From the NCBI RefSeq assembly GCF_023055435.1, contig NW_025963879.1, positions 992,001 through 1,056,000 on the forward strand: 64,000 nt of DNA, written 5' to 3'. Shown here in pieces: positions 1 to 12,193 of this stretch (its first letter is position 1; every line of letters starts with the position of its first letter). The notes under the pieces were generated by a model. The model was not told the DNA's origin. It did not search any database and saw only the letters and a list, made by a program, of their open reading frames with translations. Source of the stretch: Haliotis rufescens. Its lineage: Eukaryota. The position numbers and the translations under genes were made by a program.

Positions 1-696
1 TTTAACGCCGCACTCAGCTTTATGACGGCGGTCTGGACCAGACAATCCAGTGACTGACATCATGAGCATCGATCCACACGATTGGGATACGATGACATAT
101 ATCAACCAAGTCAGTGAGCCTGACCACCCGATCCCGTTAGTCGCCTCTTACGACAAGCATACTCGCCTCTTATAACAAGCATACCCATGTAAGGCAACAT
201 CTGTACAGCGAATTGTGTCCCTTGAGATGACATGCACAAATTTTGACAATATTGTACACCTTTCACGTATGGTTGTATTTGCATTGATCTGCATTTCAGG
301 TTTCGTTTTATACGGTAGTGGCTGGTGATATATGCAACGCCTTTTTCAATTGTATTTCAGCAGATCGTGTTTGAAATTAGGAGGAAAGTGTCAACAGTAA
401 TACATGTACAGAAGTTGAAAATCCAGTCCATGGACATTTACCTTTTCGATGAAGCCTAAGAGCACAGGCATGTTCCTTACAGGTCGTAATAGGCCCAAAT
501 CTGGTACTCGAAAACACGTACAGTGGATCCTTAAGCTTGAATGCATGTCATATGCCTCATTCATTTTATTACATGGACAAAATCAACAGGGTCTGAAAGG
601 CAACTGATAAAGTTATGTTGGGTATTTCAATGTACAAACAACCCCTCTCAATTACTATACAGGTGAAACTCAGGAACAAAACAATTAACACAGGTC

Positions 697-1492
697 AGGG
701 GCGCAACTAGGCTAGCTAATTTTAAGTAAAGGCAAGACCAGTTTGTCGAGAGCCCTCTCAAGTGGTTTAGCGGCATGCCCCCCTCCTAGGGATTTTTAGA
801 AATTAGATGTTCTTAAACGCTATTTCCTCTATTTTGAGACCGTTTGAGTTAAGTTGTATTTGTAACAAATACTGGTGATTTATTTATTATAATTTCTTAT
901 GAGTAATACATAGATAAGTGTTTCATTGATACATTTTCGACTTTCATTCAAGAAACATCTATGATCACAAACGAAATTTCAACATTTAAACGAATCTATA
1001 ATATTACTGTGATGTTTTTTCACATTTTATGTCGTAGTATGTGATCTGCATGATGGTTATTTATTTTTTCATATTTTAACGCGAGCCGACCTGTCATTAT
1101 AAAGAAAATAATTGTGAAAGCGCGATATGTTTAAGTCCATAAGTACGTAGTTACTTTGATGAGTTCTCTGCTAGCCTGAGTGAACTACCAGTAAGTTTAG
1201 TTATATGACATTTAAGCTTTGGGATGCTATGATGATCTAAAACAGCCTTTCAATCTTCGTCAACAAAGGGACATAATTCACACAAATTGATAAACCATCT
1301 ACCATCCTAATGTGCGTCATTATAAAATTCCTATTTTCAAGTTAGACAATAAATATCATGTTTGACCTTGTAGAGTTTGAATTAATATTTTACTGCATAG
1401 ATTGTGAATTGAGTTTTTTTATCTGAAAAAAGAAAATGTGCTTTTTTAGGTGTAAGCAATTGCTTGTCAGCTACAATGGTAGTTTCGCTCCT
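697..1492. mobile_element. Possible decayed hAT-type non-autonomous element
   Basis: CAGGGGCGCAACTA at the left versus TAGTTTCGCTCCTA at the right (imperfect TIR); CAGGT on both flanks. Confidence 0.3.
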
Positions 1493-2881
1493 ACAGGTAT
1501 AATTATGCTGACAAATAACGCACCTCTTGCGAGAATTATCACAAACTCAAGAAAAGAATATTGACAATCCCTTAATAGAATCAGAAGAAATATCGATAAG
1601 AGTCCATTGTGCGATTCCGACAAAGCAGACAAAGTTGTAAAGGCCTGTCGCTGTTAGTGATATACATGTATGTGTTGCCTTGTCAGAATGACTTCACCAT
1701 ATAGTTGTAGTGACGGAGTGAGGTTACCGTATTTCATTTTCTTATATGTGACCGCCCGGCCTTGTCAGCATAATGATTGAGTAAAACCCAAAGCGATGCA
1801 GGTCTAATAGGCTTATGTATGGTCAGACCGTGAGGATCCGATGTTTAATCTTTGAATCTTTGAGAGCCGAATGATTTAAAAGGCCATTTCAACGACTCAA
1901 CATAGGATCCAATTGATCTAGCCTGCTAAAGTCATGGCAGACGTTCATTCAAAGCGCCTTAGCCGGTAATATGTCCACACAACATTGTTTCGATAACCGT
2001 ATCTATAAAGAACTATATACTTAAGCCTAATTGTGAGAATACTGGGTGAGACACCCCTGTTGCAANNNNNNNNNNNNNNNNNNNNNNNNNNNNNNNNNNN
2101 NNNNNNNNNNNNNNNNNNNNNNNNNNNNNNNNNNNNNNNNNNNNNNNNNNNNNNNNNNNNNNNNNNNNNNNNNNNNNNNNNNNNNNNNNNNNNNNNNNNN
2201 NNNNNNNNNNNNNNNNNNNNNNNNNNNNNNNNNNNNNNNNNNNNNNNNNNNNNNNNNNNNNNNNNNNNNNNNNNNNNNNNNNNNNNNNNNNNNNNNNNNN
2301 NNNCCCTAGAATATCAAAGGGAATCACACCTTTTGGCCATTGGTCAACCCATGCTTTCAAATCAAGTTCCCTTGGGCACGCCAGTAACCTTTTATTGGAG
2401 CATCGAAACTGTGTCACCATTGTGGTGAATGTCTGAGGCCTGCATCAGTCCGGAATGTCACTCACTCACTCATCACGGGCTTTCCTCCCACAATAAGCTG
2501 ACACGCCGTGATACAGCTGGAATATTGTTGAAAGCGTCGTTTAAACCAACTCACTCACTCAAATTAAAAGGCCAATGAAGATCCGGAGTAGAATAACTCT
2601 TCAGCAACCCATGCTTGCTGTAAAAAGGCGACTATGGTTGTCGTAAGAGGCGACGAATGAGATCGGGTAGTCAGACTCGCTGACTTGGTTTATGCATGTC
2701 ATCGTATCCCAATTTCGTGGATCGATGCTCATGATGTCAATCACTGGATTGTCTAGTCTAGACTCGATTACTGACATCCCGCCGTCATAAAGCTGGAATA
2801 TTGCTGAGTGCGGCGTTAAACAAGAAACAAACAAACTCAAATTGAATTGTAAAAACAGCAAACATTCTTGTGCAAAATTGT

Positions 2882-2887
2882 TTTATT
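2882..2887 (-). terminator. Polyadenylation signal of gene A
   Basis: AATAAA on the minus strand ~110 nt after the stop codon. Confidence 0.55.
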
Positions 2888-2995
2888 CATACGTAATAAG
2901 AAATACATCTGCATTTGCCAATTATGATGCTAATCTCAACAATATCAGTGTGTGGAATGTTGCTGTGCTTATTTACATGTGCTTATGTGTGGTGC

Positions 2996-5900
2996 TCAAT
3001 TAGATCTAATTATCTGTTCGATCCAGTCCATTGCTTCTCTCACAAGAGCGACTCTCATGGGGTTTGAACTGTCGTCACACCGTAACTGTGTCACGGCTAA
3101 TCCCTCCACTGTGCGAGGATCGCTGACGGTGTCTCCCTGGCAAACCACGGGTCCCCCAAAGTCTCCCTGTAAAATTTAGATAGCATATATTTCATCTCGC
3201 AGTACACCATACAATGACGTGTATTTAACACGTTTATGACATGATCCAGAGAATTTGCTTGAAGAAATACAAATGCATAGCCAATGAATACTCTATCGAA
3301 CAAAATTCCTTTGCACGGCAAACTAGTGGTGAAAATGATATGAATGGATCACTGAAAATCACTGATGACACCAGGTGTTCGCGAAATGATTATGCATTTC
3401 CCGTTCTACCGGTAACACCCGTCACATACACGATTTGCTTAAAAAATAAGTGTGTGTTTGTTACCTACGAAATTAAAGCGAAAGGAAAGAAACTAAATAA
3501 AAATAAATAAAAACATATCTCGTTCATTGCACCTACAGTAAAACCAAAGGCGTGTGTAAAACGTGTTTATGAAATTAGTTTGATTCAAATAAATCAAAAT
3601 TGAAATAAATAAAATGTTCTTCATTGCAGTGAAGAAAACTAGTATATATGTATTACGTATTCATAACATTACCAGAAAATGTGATTTATTCAAACAAATC
3701 ANNNNNNNNNNNNNNNNNNNNNNNNNNNNNNNNNNNNNNNNNNNNNNNNNNNNNNNNNNNNNNNNNNNNNNNNNNNNNNNNNNNNNNNNNNNNNNNNNNN
3801 NNNNNNNNNNNNNNNNNNNNNNNNNNNNNNNNNNNNNNNNNNNNNNGCTTCCCCTTTCATTGACAGCACAGCCGGTCCTGGATGGATAGGTTGTCTCAGT
3901 TCCATTCTTGTAGTAATCAAGAGCCTCACAAGCAGTTTGGCCAAACAGGGTCATGTCAGCTTTCTGCAGTCTATCTCTCAGTTCTGCAAAATAAAGCTCA
4001 ATGATAAAGGTTATGATAATTCAAAACCTGACTTTTGCATAGTTTTACAGTATTCTCATCAACGAATTTATAAATAAAAGCGACAAAAGATATCTCTGGC
4101 AAAGCAGAGTCGATTGTACAATTCCGACTTTAGCATGAGCATGTGTTTATGAATGACTATCAAATTTAGTCTTTTAGTAGTTATTCAGTTTTTTGAAGTT
4201 TTTTAGGAGGCAAATATAACAAGTATGTAAGGTAATTTCAGACTATTAATCAATCTTGATTTGAGATGACATAACCATTTAATAAATTCTAACCTTCTAA
4301 AACCATATTGATAAATTCCATTTGGAATGTGTTTCACCATTACCTTTACTCAACCACAATTGCTGGGTGTGGCGTAAACAAAATTCACTCATTTATCTAA
4401 TTTTACTGTATGATAAACAATTTTTTCAATGTGTTTTACTGTATTATATAAGAGAGATACGCGATAATCGCAAAGAACAATGAAGAACGAAGCGTGGTTT
4501 ATTTTACGATTAAACATTGTTCTATCATGACGTCATTTGTGGATATTCGAAATATACATTGGCAACTTGATGACGTCATATATTGGATGACGTTATAATT
4601 ATGTTTCAGGGGGAAGTGTCTGATACGTTGTTCCCCGCAGATATACGAAGTGGCAGAACGATCACATCCAAATTTGGGAGAGACATGACAATCGGTATTA
4701 GGAAAAACGGTAGGATTGTGAAAATACGCGGAAAAATACCACACTTAACCCACCTGTTCGTGAAATGGACTAATCCAACATTCCGAGGTCGGATTCTATT
4801 CAGGGAGTCAGCATTATTCACATATGGGTAAATAGTTTTAAAGAATGACATTTTATCAACATCCTTAAAGAGGCTGTACATCATGTTGATATCTCATATG
4901 AGAATTTTCTTAAGTAATATACAATAGTATACAGTAACTTACGTTCATTCTCATTGGCTCCCCATCCAGTGATCTTACACTGAGCAGATGTACACCTCTG
5001 TGTAGATCCGCTGGGCAGACAAACTGGACGGACGCATTCATTGATGTCCACATCGGTTTCTAGTTCCACAAGGGCAAATGCATTTTCTGAAATTCAATGA
5101 CATTGTATGTATTCTGATATTTGTGATTTTGCGTCACCTGTTTTGTTAGATGTTACCTTCAGTTCCTTAACAGTATATATGTTACAGTCAATGTGTCAAA
5201 TGACTGAAATTTTCACTTAGGCAATTTACAAAACGCCAAATATTTCAGTCATTTTACAGTTATTCTTAATTATTATATTATAATAACGATTTCCAAACAC
5301 TTTTGTGCTCTATTTCATGACTGAAAATAATAGGATTAAAAGAAAAAGAAAATTATGGCATTTTTGTATTTTCCTGGGTTCTAATCCTCGCATAATTAGA
5401 ATTTAGAATATGGTGGTCTTTTTAAGCCTTTTTGAACTTCTTAATAACTTTAAGACAATCTGACGGAAAACCAATTATAAAATTACTGAAATAGTTTGGC
5501 GTTTTGTAAATTGCCTAAGTAAAAAATTCAGTCATTTTACACATTGACTGTAACATATACATATATAAAGCACAATATTAATAAAACTTATGTGAACCCG
5601 TGAAGATCCGGGTTAGAATTGGTCTTCATGATCAGCAATCCATGCTTGCGAGTATGCTTGTCTTTAGAGGCGACTAACCGGATCGGGTAGTCAGGCTCGC
5701 TGACTTTGTTGATGCATGTCTTATGACACCGTGTTGTCTGGTCCAGCCTCGGATTATTTGCAGACCGCCGTCATATAGCTGGGATATTGCTGAGTGTGGC
5801 GTTAAACAACAACTTATATGCTGTATCACTGATGCTGTATATTACGCGTATATCGATGCAATGTGCGCTCCATTGCATATTGTCAATGTATTTTCTAAGA

Positions 5901-8900
5901 AAATCTACACTTGGACGCACTTACCAGAAATATAGTCTACTTGTTCAAATAAGGATAAGCTATCCATCTCATTATCGTCGTGATATTTACCTTGCCATAT
6001 TCTCTCACTTTGGACGAGGGAGATGTTGAGGACGTTGAGGAAGTTGGTGTTGACGTCGAAGTTAAAGTCGGGGTGGAAGTAAACCTGTTTAACTCGCCGG
6101 AGTTGTTCGCCTCCATCCTGGGACTGGTGGTCGTAATCTCCCAGAACGACAAACATCTGATTCTGGAAAGACTCCGATGGTAAGTTCCTACCAGCGCTGA
6201 AAAACAGAATCACGTCCACATGAAACAGCTGCACTCCGAGGACATCTTCGTTCAAGGGACAGCTGTATTGGGGACCAGGCCTATTCCCCCTCGGCTTCTT
6301 GGGGTGACCAACCTGGACACTGGACTGGATCTGACGATGAAATCCCTTGGCTGCATTTCGGCAGGTCTGTTTCAGAGTGTGGTTTTAAGCAGCTTTTAAC
6401 AATACTCAAGCAATATTGTTATAAGGTAAAAAATGGGTACAGTGTGTGAAGCCCATTTGTGGTGTCCCCCGCCGTGATATTGCTGGAATATTGCTAAAAG
6501 CGGCGTAAAACCATACTCACTCACTCACTATAAGGTAAAAATGCACCCAACACGTTAGAAAAATTATGACAAATTCAACCAGAGCGACTTCTTTCGTGAG
6601 TCTTCAATGCTATCACTGCCATTTATTGAATCAGCAGGGACAGAGCACATTAGTGGGGGCTTGCTTCGATGCTGTAGTTGCATGTGGATAAATCAGTACA
6701 GAATATATAAAGTAGACAGAAGTAATAAGATATAGAATTCATAAGATCATTAAGGGCATCACCAGTAAGTAGTTCTCAGTAATTTGCCATCACGAAACAA
6801 TCGCGTGTCCATGGTCTGGTTTGCTATCTTAACGCATGATGCATTAGGACACGTGACAAAAGCGGGTCATGCCTGAAGGATGGTTCATTGTGAGTGAGTG
6901 AGTGAGTTTGGTTTAACGCCGCTTTTAACAGTATTCCAGTCATATCACGGCGTGTCAGCTTAATGTGGGAGGAAAGCCCGAAGTGATGCAGGTCTCAGAC
7001 GTTTACCACGTCGGTGAAACCCTCGAGCACGGGTATGGTGCTGACAAACCTAGAAACATAATTGGGGCGAACCGGGATTCGAACCCACAATCATAGGTTT
7101 CTGGCGTACCCAAGGGACGCAACTCTGCACAGCGAATCGCGGCGCTTTAGACGACTGGGCCACCCGTGCCCCCTGGTTCTTTGTGATTATGTGCGGGTTC
7201 ACAGTCAGTCGATCGAGTCGAATCGCCTCAGCGAGCCTGTCCGGACCTGCATTATCCTGTCCTGTCCGGCCTTATCATGTCCAGTGCGGCCTTATCCTGG
7301 CCTGTCCGGCCTTATCCTGTCCATGTTGGACTGCAGTTTGTATCAAACTTTGTGTAATGTTAATATTTGTATGTATGCGCCTGTATATGAATACTTTTGT
7401 GAGTAATTAGGATCAAAGGTCGTCGGACCCTTCACTCCTTGACTTAGATAGATTCCCCCGAATATGCAAGGTACCGAGTTAGGTCTAACACTGACCACGG
7501 CAACACTGTTGTAGTGCCCCCTGACGCCCCAAACACAACAACATAACGGCGGGTGACACCAGACATTGGCTTCACACATTGTTCCCATGTGGGGAATCGA
7601 ACCCTGCGATACCGGAGGGAGGGGAGGGGGGGACCTGTGGGTAGTCGACCTAGGAGGAAAAAGGCCATAGGGTATTAGTCCGGGGGGATAGGCCTGATAC
7701 CCTCTGTTGTGGAATCGAGCTTCATGACATGCGCTCAGAGATACGGTTCTGATTAAGGATCGCCATCTTGGATTTGAAACCAGGACTAACGGATGCTTGA
7801 ACGGTGCAACATTTAAATACGTAATCTGTGCTATGTAGACGTTCAGGTTACATGCATCCTAAGGGACAGGGTGGGTATCCCAAACTTGTTCGAATACCTT
7901 TACATTGGCATTTCAATATCAAGTGAAATTCCACTGATTTTATACTAACTCATGTTTCAAATTGTCATTGTCAAAGGGAATGGTTTTCGAGGAACGACCG
8001 TCGTCTACTTACAACAACACTGAAAGTGGAGTGGTGAGAATCCACTTTCGCTGAACTAACACACCGCCAGCAACGTGAACGGAATTAAAGATGGACTGAG
8101 GCTGACTGAGGTCGGTGACACGACGTAGCGACGCCTGCCACGGGGACTGACATGGTTCTTCATCCACGGACAGAGCAAGTCGGGCTCGAACCCCAAGCTC
8201 TCCACAGCCTGGGTAGTTCAGTGTAGAGACACCGTCTGAAAGATGGAACGTCTTTAGTCGGGTCTCCCTGGTATTGGCTTCGTTGCGTGAGTTTGGTTAA
8301 CCGTCGCTTTGGACATTATTAATTATGTGACGGCGATTATTCTTACATAAGAAAGAAATAGTAATAATGTTCCTGGAAGTGCTGCGCTTTGGTGAACACG
8401 GGCGTGGTTTTAACACGGAGGATAAGAATGGTGTGAATCTTTTAGCGATCTCTAAGGCTATATCAGTATGTGGGGGCGCTTAATAAGAAACGTTTTGTGC
8501 TTAACGTATGTGTAAATGAAAAGGTTTGTATGGACATCCAGAATAAAGAATTCGGTAAATTCCCATTGTCTGGTTTTAGTTGTTCCAAAAATGAATTAAA
8601 GTATATATTTAATTACTTGGTCATCATATACACGTGAACATGTAGTTGGTCATAACAAATGACATAGTACTTCGTGGGAGATATTTTTAAATTTGAATCT
8701 TGATAAGCTAGTGATTTTTTTCACAACTGATTTATGTTTTGGCAAATTGAATTGGAATTCCACATGCATCTTAATTTACACAGTTTAGGGACGTTGCATG
8801 TTGGTTTGTTCCTTTTTGCTAAGTAGTTCTGAACAAAAAGAGTTATGAAAGCGAAATAATGGAACGTAAAAACGCCCGGGAACACAAGTATTTTAAATTG

Positions 8901-11900
8901 CCTAATTAATATTTCCAGTTAATTTACCTTTTTGTTCACAGCATACGTTGTTCGTCGCCCAACAGAGAAGGTAGTTTTGGGGGTTGACTGCTTGCCAGCC
9001 GGACGGGCAGTCAGATGCGTATCTCCCTGGGTGGCAGCTGCGAACAGCTGGCCCTTTCGCCCCACGAGCACACACTGCAGACAATATATTGCAATGAATT
9101 AAGCATTTTACATTTACCCATATATTGTAAAAGACAATATACACCTTCCGTGAAACCGCATGGCTCAAAGTTCATTTATTTAGCTCGACGTTTCGTTTAT
9201 GATATATGATATATACTTTCCAAAAAAGTTCTGAATATTTGAAAATAACAGATCATTACAGAAATATAAACAGGTATCGAGTTATGGTTAATGGATGGAT
9301 CAAAACATAAGGACTAGGTTAACTTGACAATCAACAGAATATAGCGATGTATTTTGTAAGAGTGCAAAACCAACAAAGATGACAGGGGGGTGTAGTATAA
9401 CAACATCATTGAGATCATCAATATTGGGTCACGTCTGGCTAGAATGTGTCCATTTGTAAACGGCATTACACGTGGTCGTCTAGTTAGCAACTTGAACTAC
9501 GGTGGCCTGGCGCAACTGATCAGCGAATTGTTTGGCTCGATTTCTAATCGATTCTGGACTTGGGAATACACATATGGCGCCCTGTGTGATGGCCGATTAT
9601 TATCATTTTATGTCTGCAGAAAGCTGTTCCAATGTCTGCAAATCGAGACCGAGACACATTGAATATATTGGCTTTATTTCGCTGAGCTCTACCAGTTTGT
9701 AGCATGTCAACATCCCGTAGGCCATCATCATGGATATTTTTGTTTGCAGGTTGTCGTTTGATAAAGTTATCAATATTATGAAAGATCCAAATATAACAGT
9801 ATTCTGGAATAATACAATCCAATTGTTTTACCAAGAGTACATTCCTGGTGCCTCCTGTTAATGAGATAACAACAGAACGACGTAGACGTGTAGTCTCATC
9901 TTTGTTTAGCCAAAATTAAATAATGTGTACAGGAAATGATTACAAAGTAATATTATACACCATCTGTTTTAAAACACTTTCATGTATGATTTCAAATTTT
10001 GTTTGCAGATATTCTCTGATAAGTAAATGTGTCTGATTTCCCCGACGCCATACTCTTCTAAATGTTTCTTATACGTTTATATTTTCATAGGTTAAATATT
10101 TTCAGAACATTGACATTGGTTCTTTGATAATTTAACCCATTTTACTAATTTACTGACAGACACGATTTAACCCATCGTGAAATAGTAAACCTTTATTTGC
10201 GGTCATTAAACATCAACGTATTCCATCAGTTTGTTTGTTCCAAAACTCTCGCCCACAGAGTAGGTATCTGCAAATGTCACATCCACACATCCACACGGTA
10301 CAAGTACATATGCTGGTAACACACACCTACACGACTATACTTACTTTGCCGTCAACTGTTAAGCCTACTCATTAATTTGTGACATTTGCCTTACCTTGCT
10401 TATCTTGAATAACGACTGATTCCACGAAACTTCGTATTAAAAGATAGAAAATACAAATAATACAGACACGATTTCCAACTAAGGTCCAGTTTTACAAGCA
10501 ATTATGTTACAGAATGTTACAGATGACTGCGTGAATGTTACAATTCATTAGTTAACATTAAAGTCATGCTTTAAATTCTTTGCGTTTAGTACCTAAAGCA
10601 AACAATAAACGGTTACAACGCGAAGTCATAAGAAATACACACATTTACAATGATTTGTTGAATGTGATCTGTTAAATCTGAGAGGACAACTTGGCATCAC
10701 TATGAAGAAATTAAATTGATAACAAACTTGGTGTGAAACACACCTATTCTCCTTGAAATTTTCTCATAATCATTTTTTTCGTTTGCGATGTAATATCTGC
10801 CCCACAGAATTGTGAACAATCAAAATTATTCTATGGTAGGAAAATGTTAATATGAATACATTCCGAGATGTGGCTGTTTCACTGGTCTCTTATATTTCTA
10901 GTTCAGGTGGGTAGGTCAGTGGCTATTTTATCATTAATGTATTGAGTGAGGGAGTATGGTTTTACGCCGCTTTTAACAATATTCCAGTGGGGGACACGAG
11001 AAATGGGCTTCACACATTGTATCCATGTGGGGATCGAACCCGGGTCTTCGGCGTGATGAGCGAACGCTTTAACCACTAGGCTACCCGACCGCCCTATTAA
11101 TATATTGAACGATATCGGATCATCAGTATACCAGAAGATGAATTTTAAACTATTTACTAAATTCGCTTGTTTCGATTTTGCAAAGCCGAGCCGAAATTCT
11201 AACTCATATGCATAAAGATACATTCTCTGAGCTTGTTAACTGAAGCTTCATTAAGAAACTCTCGCTGACTTGCAAACAATAATGAAAATGACCCTGAATT
11301 AAAAAAATGACTTATGAAATATTAAAATTTTAGATTTCATATTTATGCTTTGATGTGTTTTCTTTGAGGAAATACAAGAAAACGCTACGTGGGCGTGCCA
11401 TGGCTTTCAGGTCGATAATCGTCTATCACTCTGAAAAAGTGTTTAGATACCTGAATGTGGGATGCATATGCTTATTGGTCAAGGAACAACTGAGTCTCAT
11501 ATCTGTAACATGATATGGAAGAATACCTTCCAGAAAATTCTGGCTGTTGATGTCAAGTCATTAGGTTCAGCCTTCGTTTCATATCTGTATTCCTCTCACA
11601 GTTGTTGTTGATTAACTACACAGGATCTGTTGACGCTTCCCAGAAATCATGGGAAGGGTACAATAGATTACCTCAGGAATGCCAGAGCATATATTTGTTC
11701 GGATTAAAACCTGCTTTGGGTCGTCCTTCTGTTTCAGGACACGTTTAGAAGCAAATCTTCTGGGTTTATTGAAAACGTACATTGAAGGTTCCATGTTCTC
11801 ATACTGATAATAACAAGTTAGACAGTATTACATCGCAACCAGGACATGAGAAACATATTATATGAAAAGACATATTCACAACCTATTTAATTTCCATGTC

Positions 11901-12157
11901 CATGACATAATTTATAAGAAATTTGAAACCCAATTGGAAACGCTTTTCATCAGTGCGTCAGAAGGAGGTATATGACGTAATACGTAGCAAATCTCACTAT
12001 TTAAGAAATATATATATATATAGGTTATATCAACATCTATAATTTTTACTTGTCTATACTTACGACTGTTCCTTTGAAATGCCCATGGAAGCTCCGCAAG
12101 GGAAGGACTTCCTAGAAAGCCAACAAGTAGTACAAGGGTCTGCAGTCTAGTCGCCAT
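2996..12157 (-). CDS. Gene A: secreted six-Cys (beta-defensin/clip-like) domain + non-catalytic chymotrypsin-like serine protease homologue, ~378 aa, 7 coding exons
   Basis: Minus-strand GT-AG exons with compatible phases: 12064-12157 (MATRLQTLVLLVGFLGSPSLAELPWAFQRNS, signal peptide); 8928-9074 (CARGAKGPAVRSCHPGRYASDCPSGWQAVNPQNYLLCWATNNVCC); 8013-8235 (YPGCG..RAR/LALS..SPWQASL..GGVLVQRKWILTTPLS); 5991-6196 (VVLGDYD..VYFHPDF); 4943-5086 (ENAFALVEL..VRPVCLP..CKITGWG); <=3847-3983 (LQKA..ACEAL..GCA, 3' end lost in the N-gap 3702-3846); 2996-3166 (GDFGGPVVC..DWIEQIIRSN*). Triad positions H57>L, D102>A, S195>F. Confidence 0.88.
5176..5558. mobile_element. MITE with ~80-bp terminal inverted repeats
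   Basis: TATGTTACAGTCAATGTG..CTTAGGCAATTTACAAAACGCCAAA at the left end and its reverse complement at 5480-5558; TA-rich flanks. Confidence 0.75.
6891..7173 (-). mobile_element. SINE family 1 copy
   Basis: Full-length match to 40844-41127. Confidence 0.85.
8928..9074 (-). CDS. Gene A exon 2: six-Cys module C-x11-C-x8-C-x14-C-x6-CC
   Basis: Phase 1-1 exon with acceptor ctgcag and donor gtaaat; shares CPxGW..NYLLC..CC with gene B exon 2. Confidence 0.85.
10800..11800 (-). mobile_element. Decayed Penelope-like RT fragment in gene A intron 1, interrupted by a SINE
   Basis: YLYAYELEF...FIFWYTDDPISFN resembles PLE LYxYExEF...FRYIDDxxSxN; a related decayed stretch lies at ~12700-13100; boundaries approximate. 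Confidence 0.55.
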
Positions 12158-12186
12158 TTTGATCCTCAAATCTCGGGTTGATCTCG

Positions 12187-12193
12187 TTATATA
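12187..12193 (-). promoter_or_regulatory. Putative TATA box of gene A
   Basis: TATATAAC, the same motif as in gene B, but only ~30 nt from the ATG, which implies a very short 5' UTR. Confidence 0.4.

Noticed and set aside
2013-3954. ORF-track entries containing long X runs (also 23265-23535)
   Set aside because: Artefacts of assembly N-gaps. Only 3847-3983 is real coding sequence (gene A exon 6).
9184-9225. Penelope-type hammerhead remnant (CTCGACGTTTCG...)
   Set aside because: Only the CGAAAC half is present on the minus strand. The CUGANGA core and stem II are not recognisable.
10395-10432. Possible extra exon in gene A intron 1 (AAG/GTAAGG donor)
   Set aside because: No acceptor gives a phase 1-1 exon, and exons 1 and 2 already join in frame.
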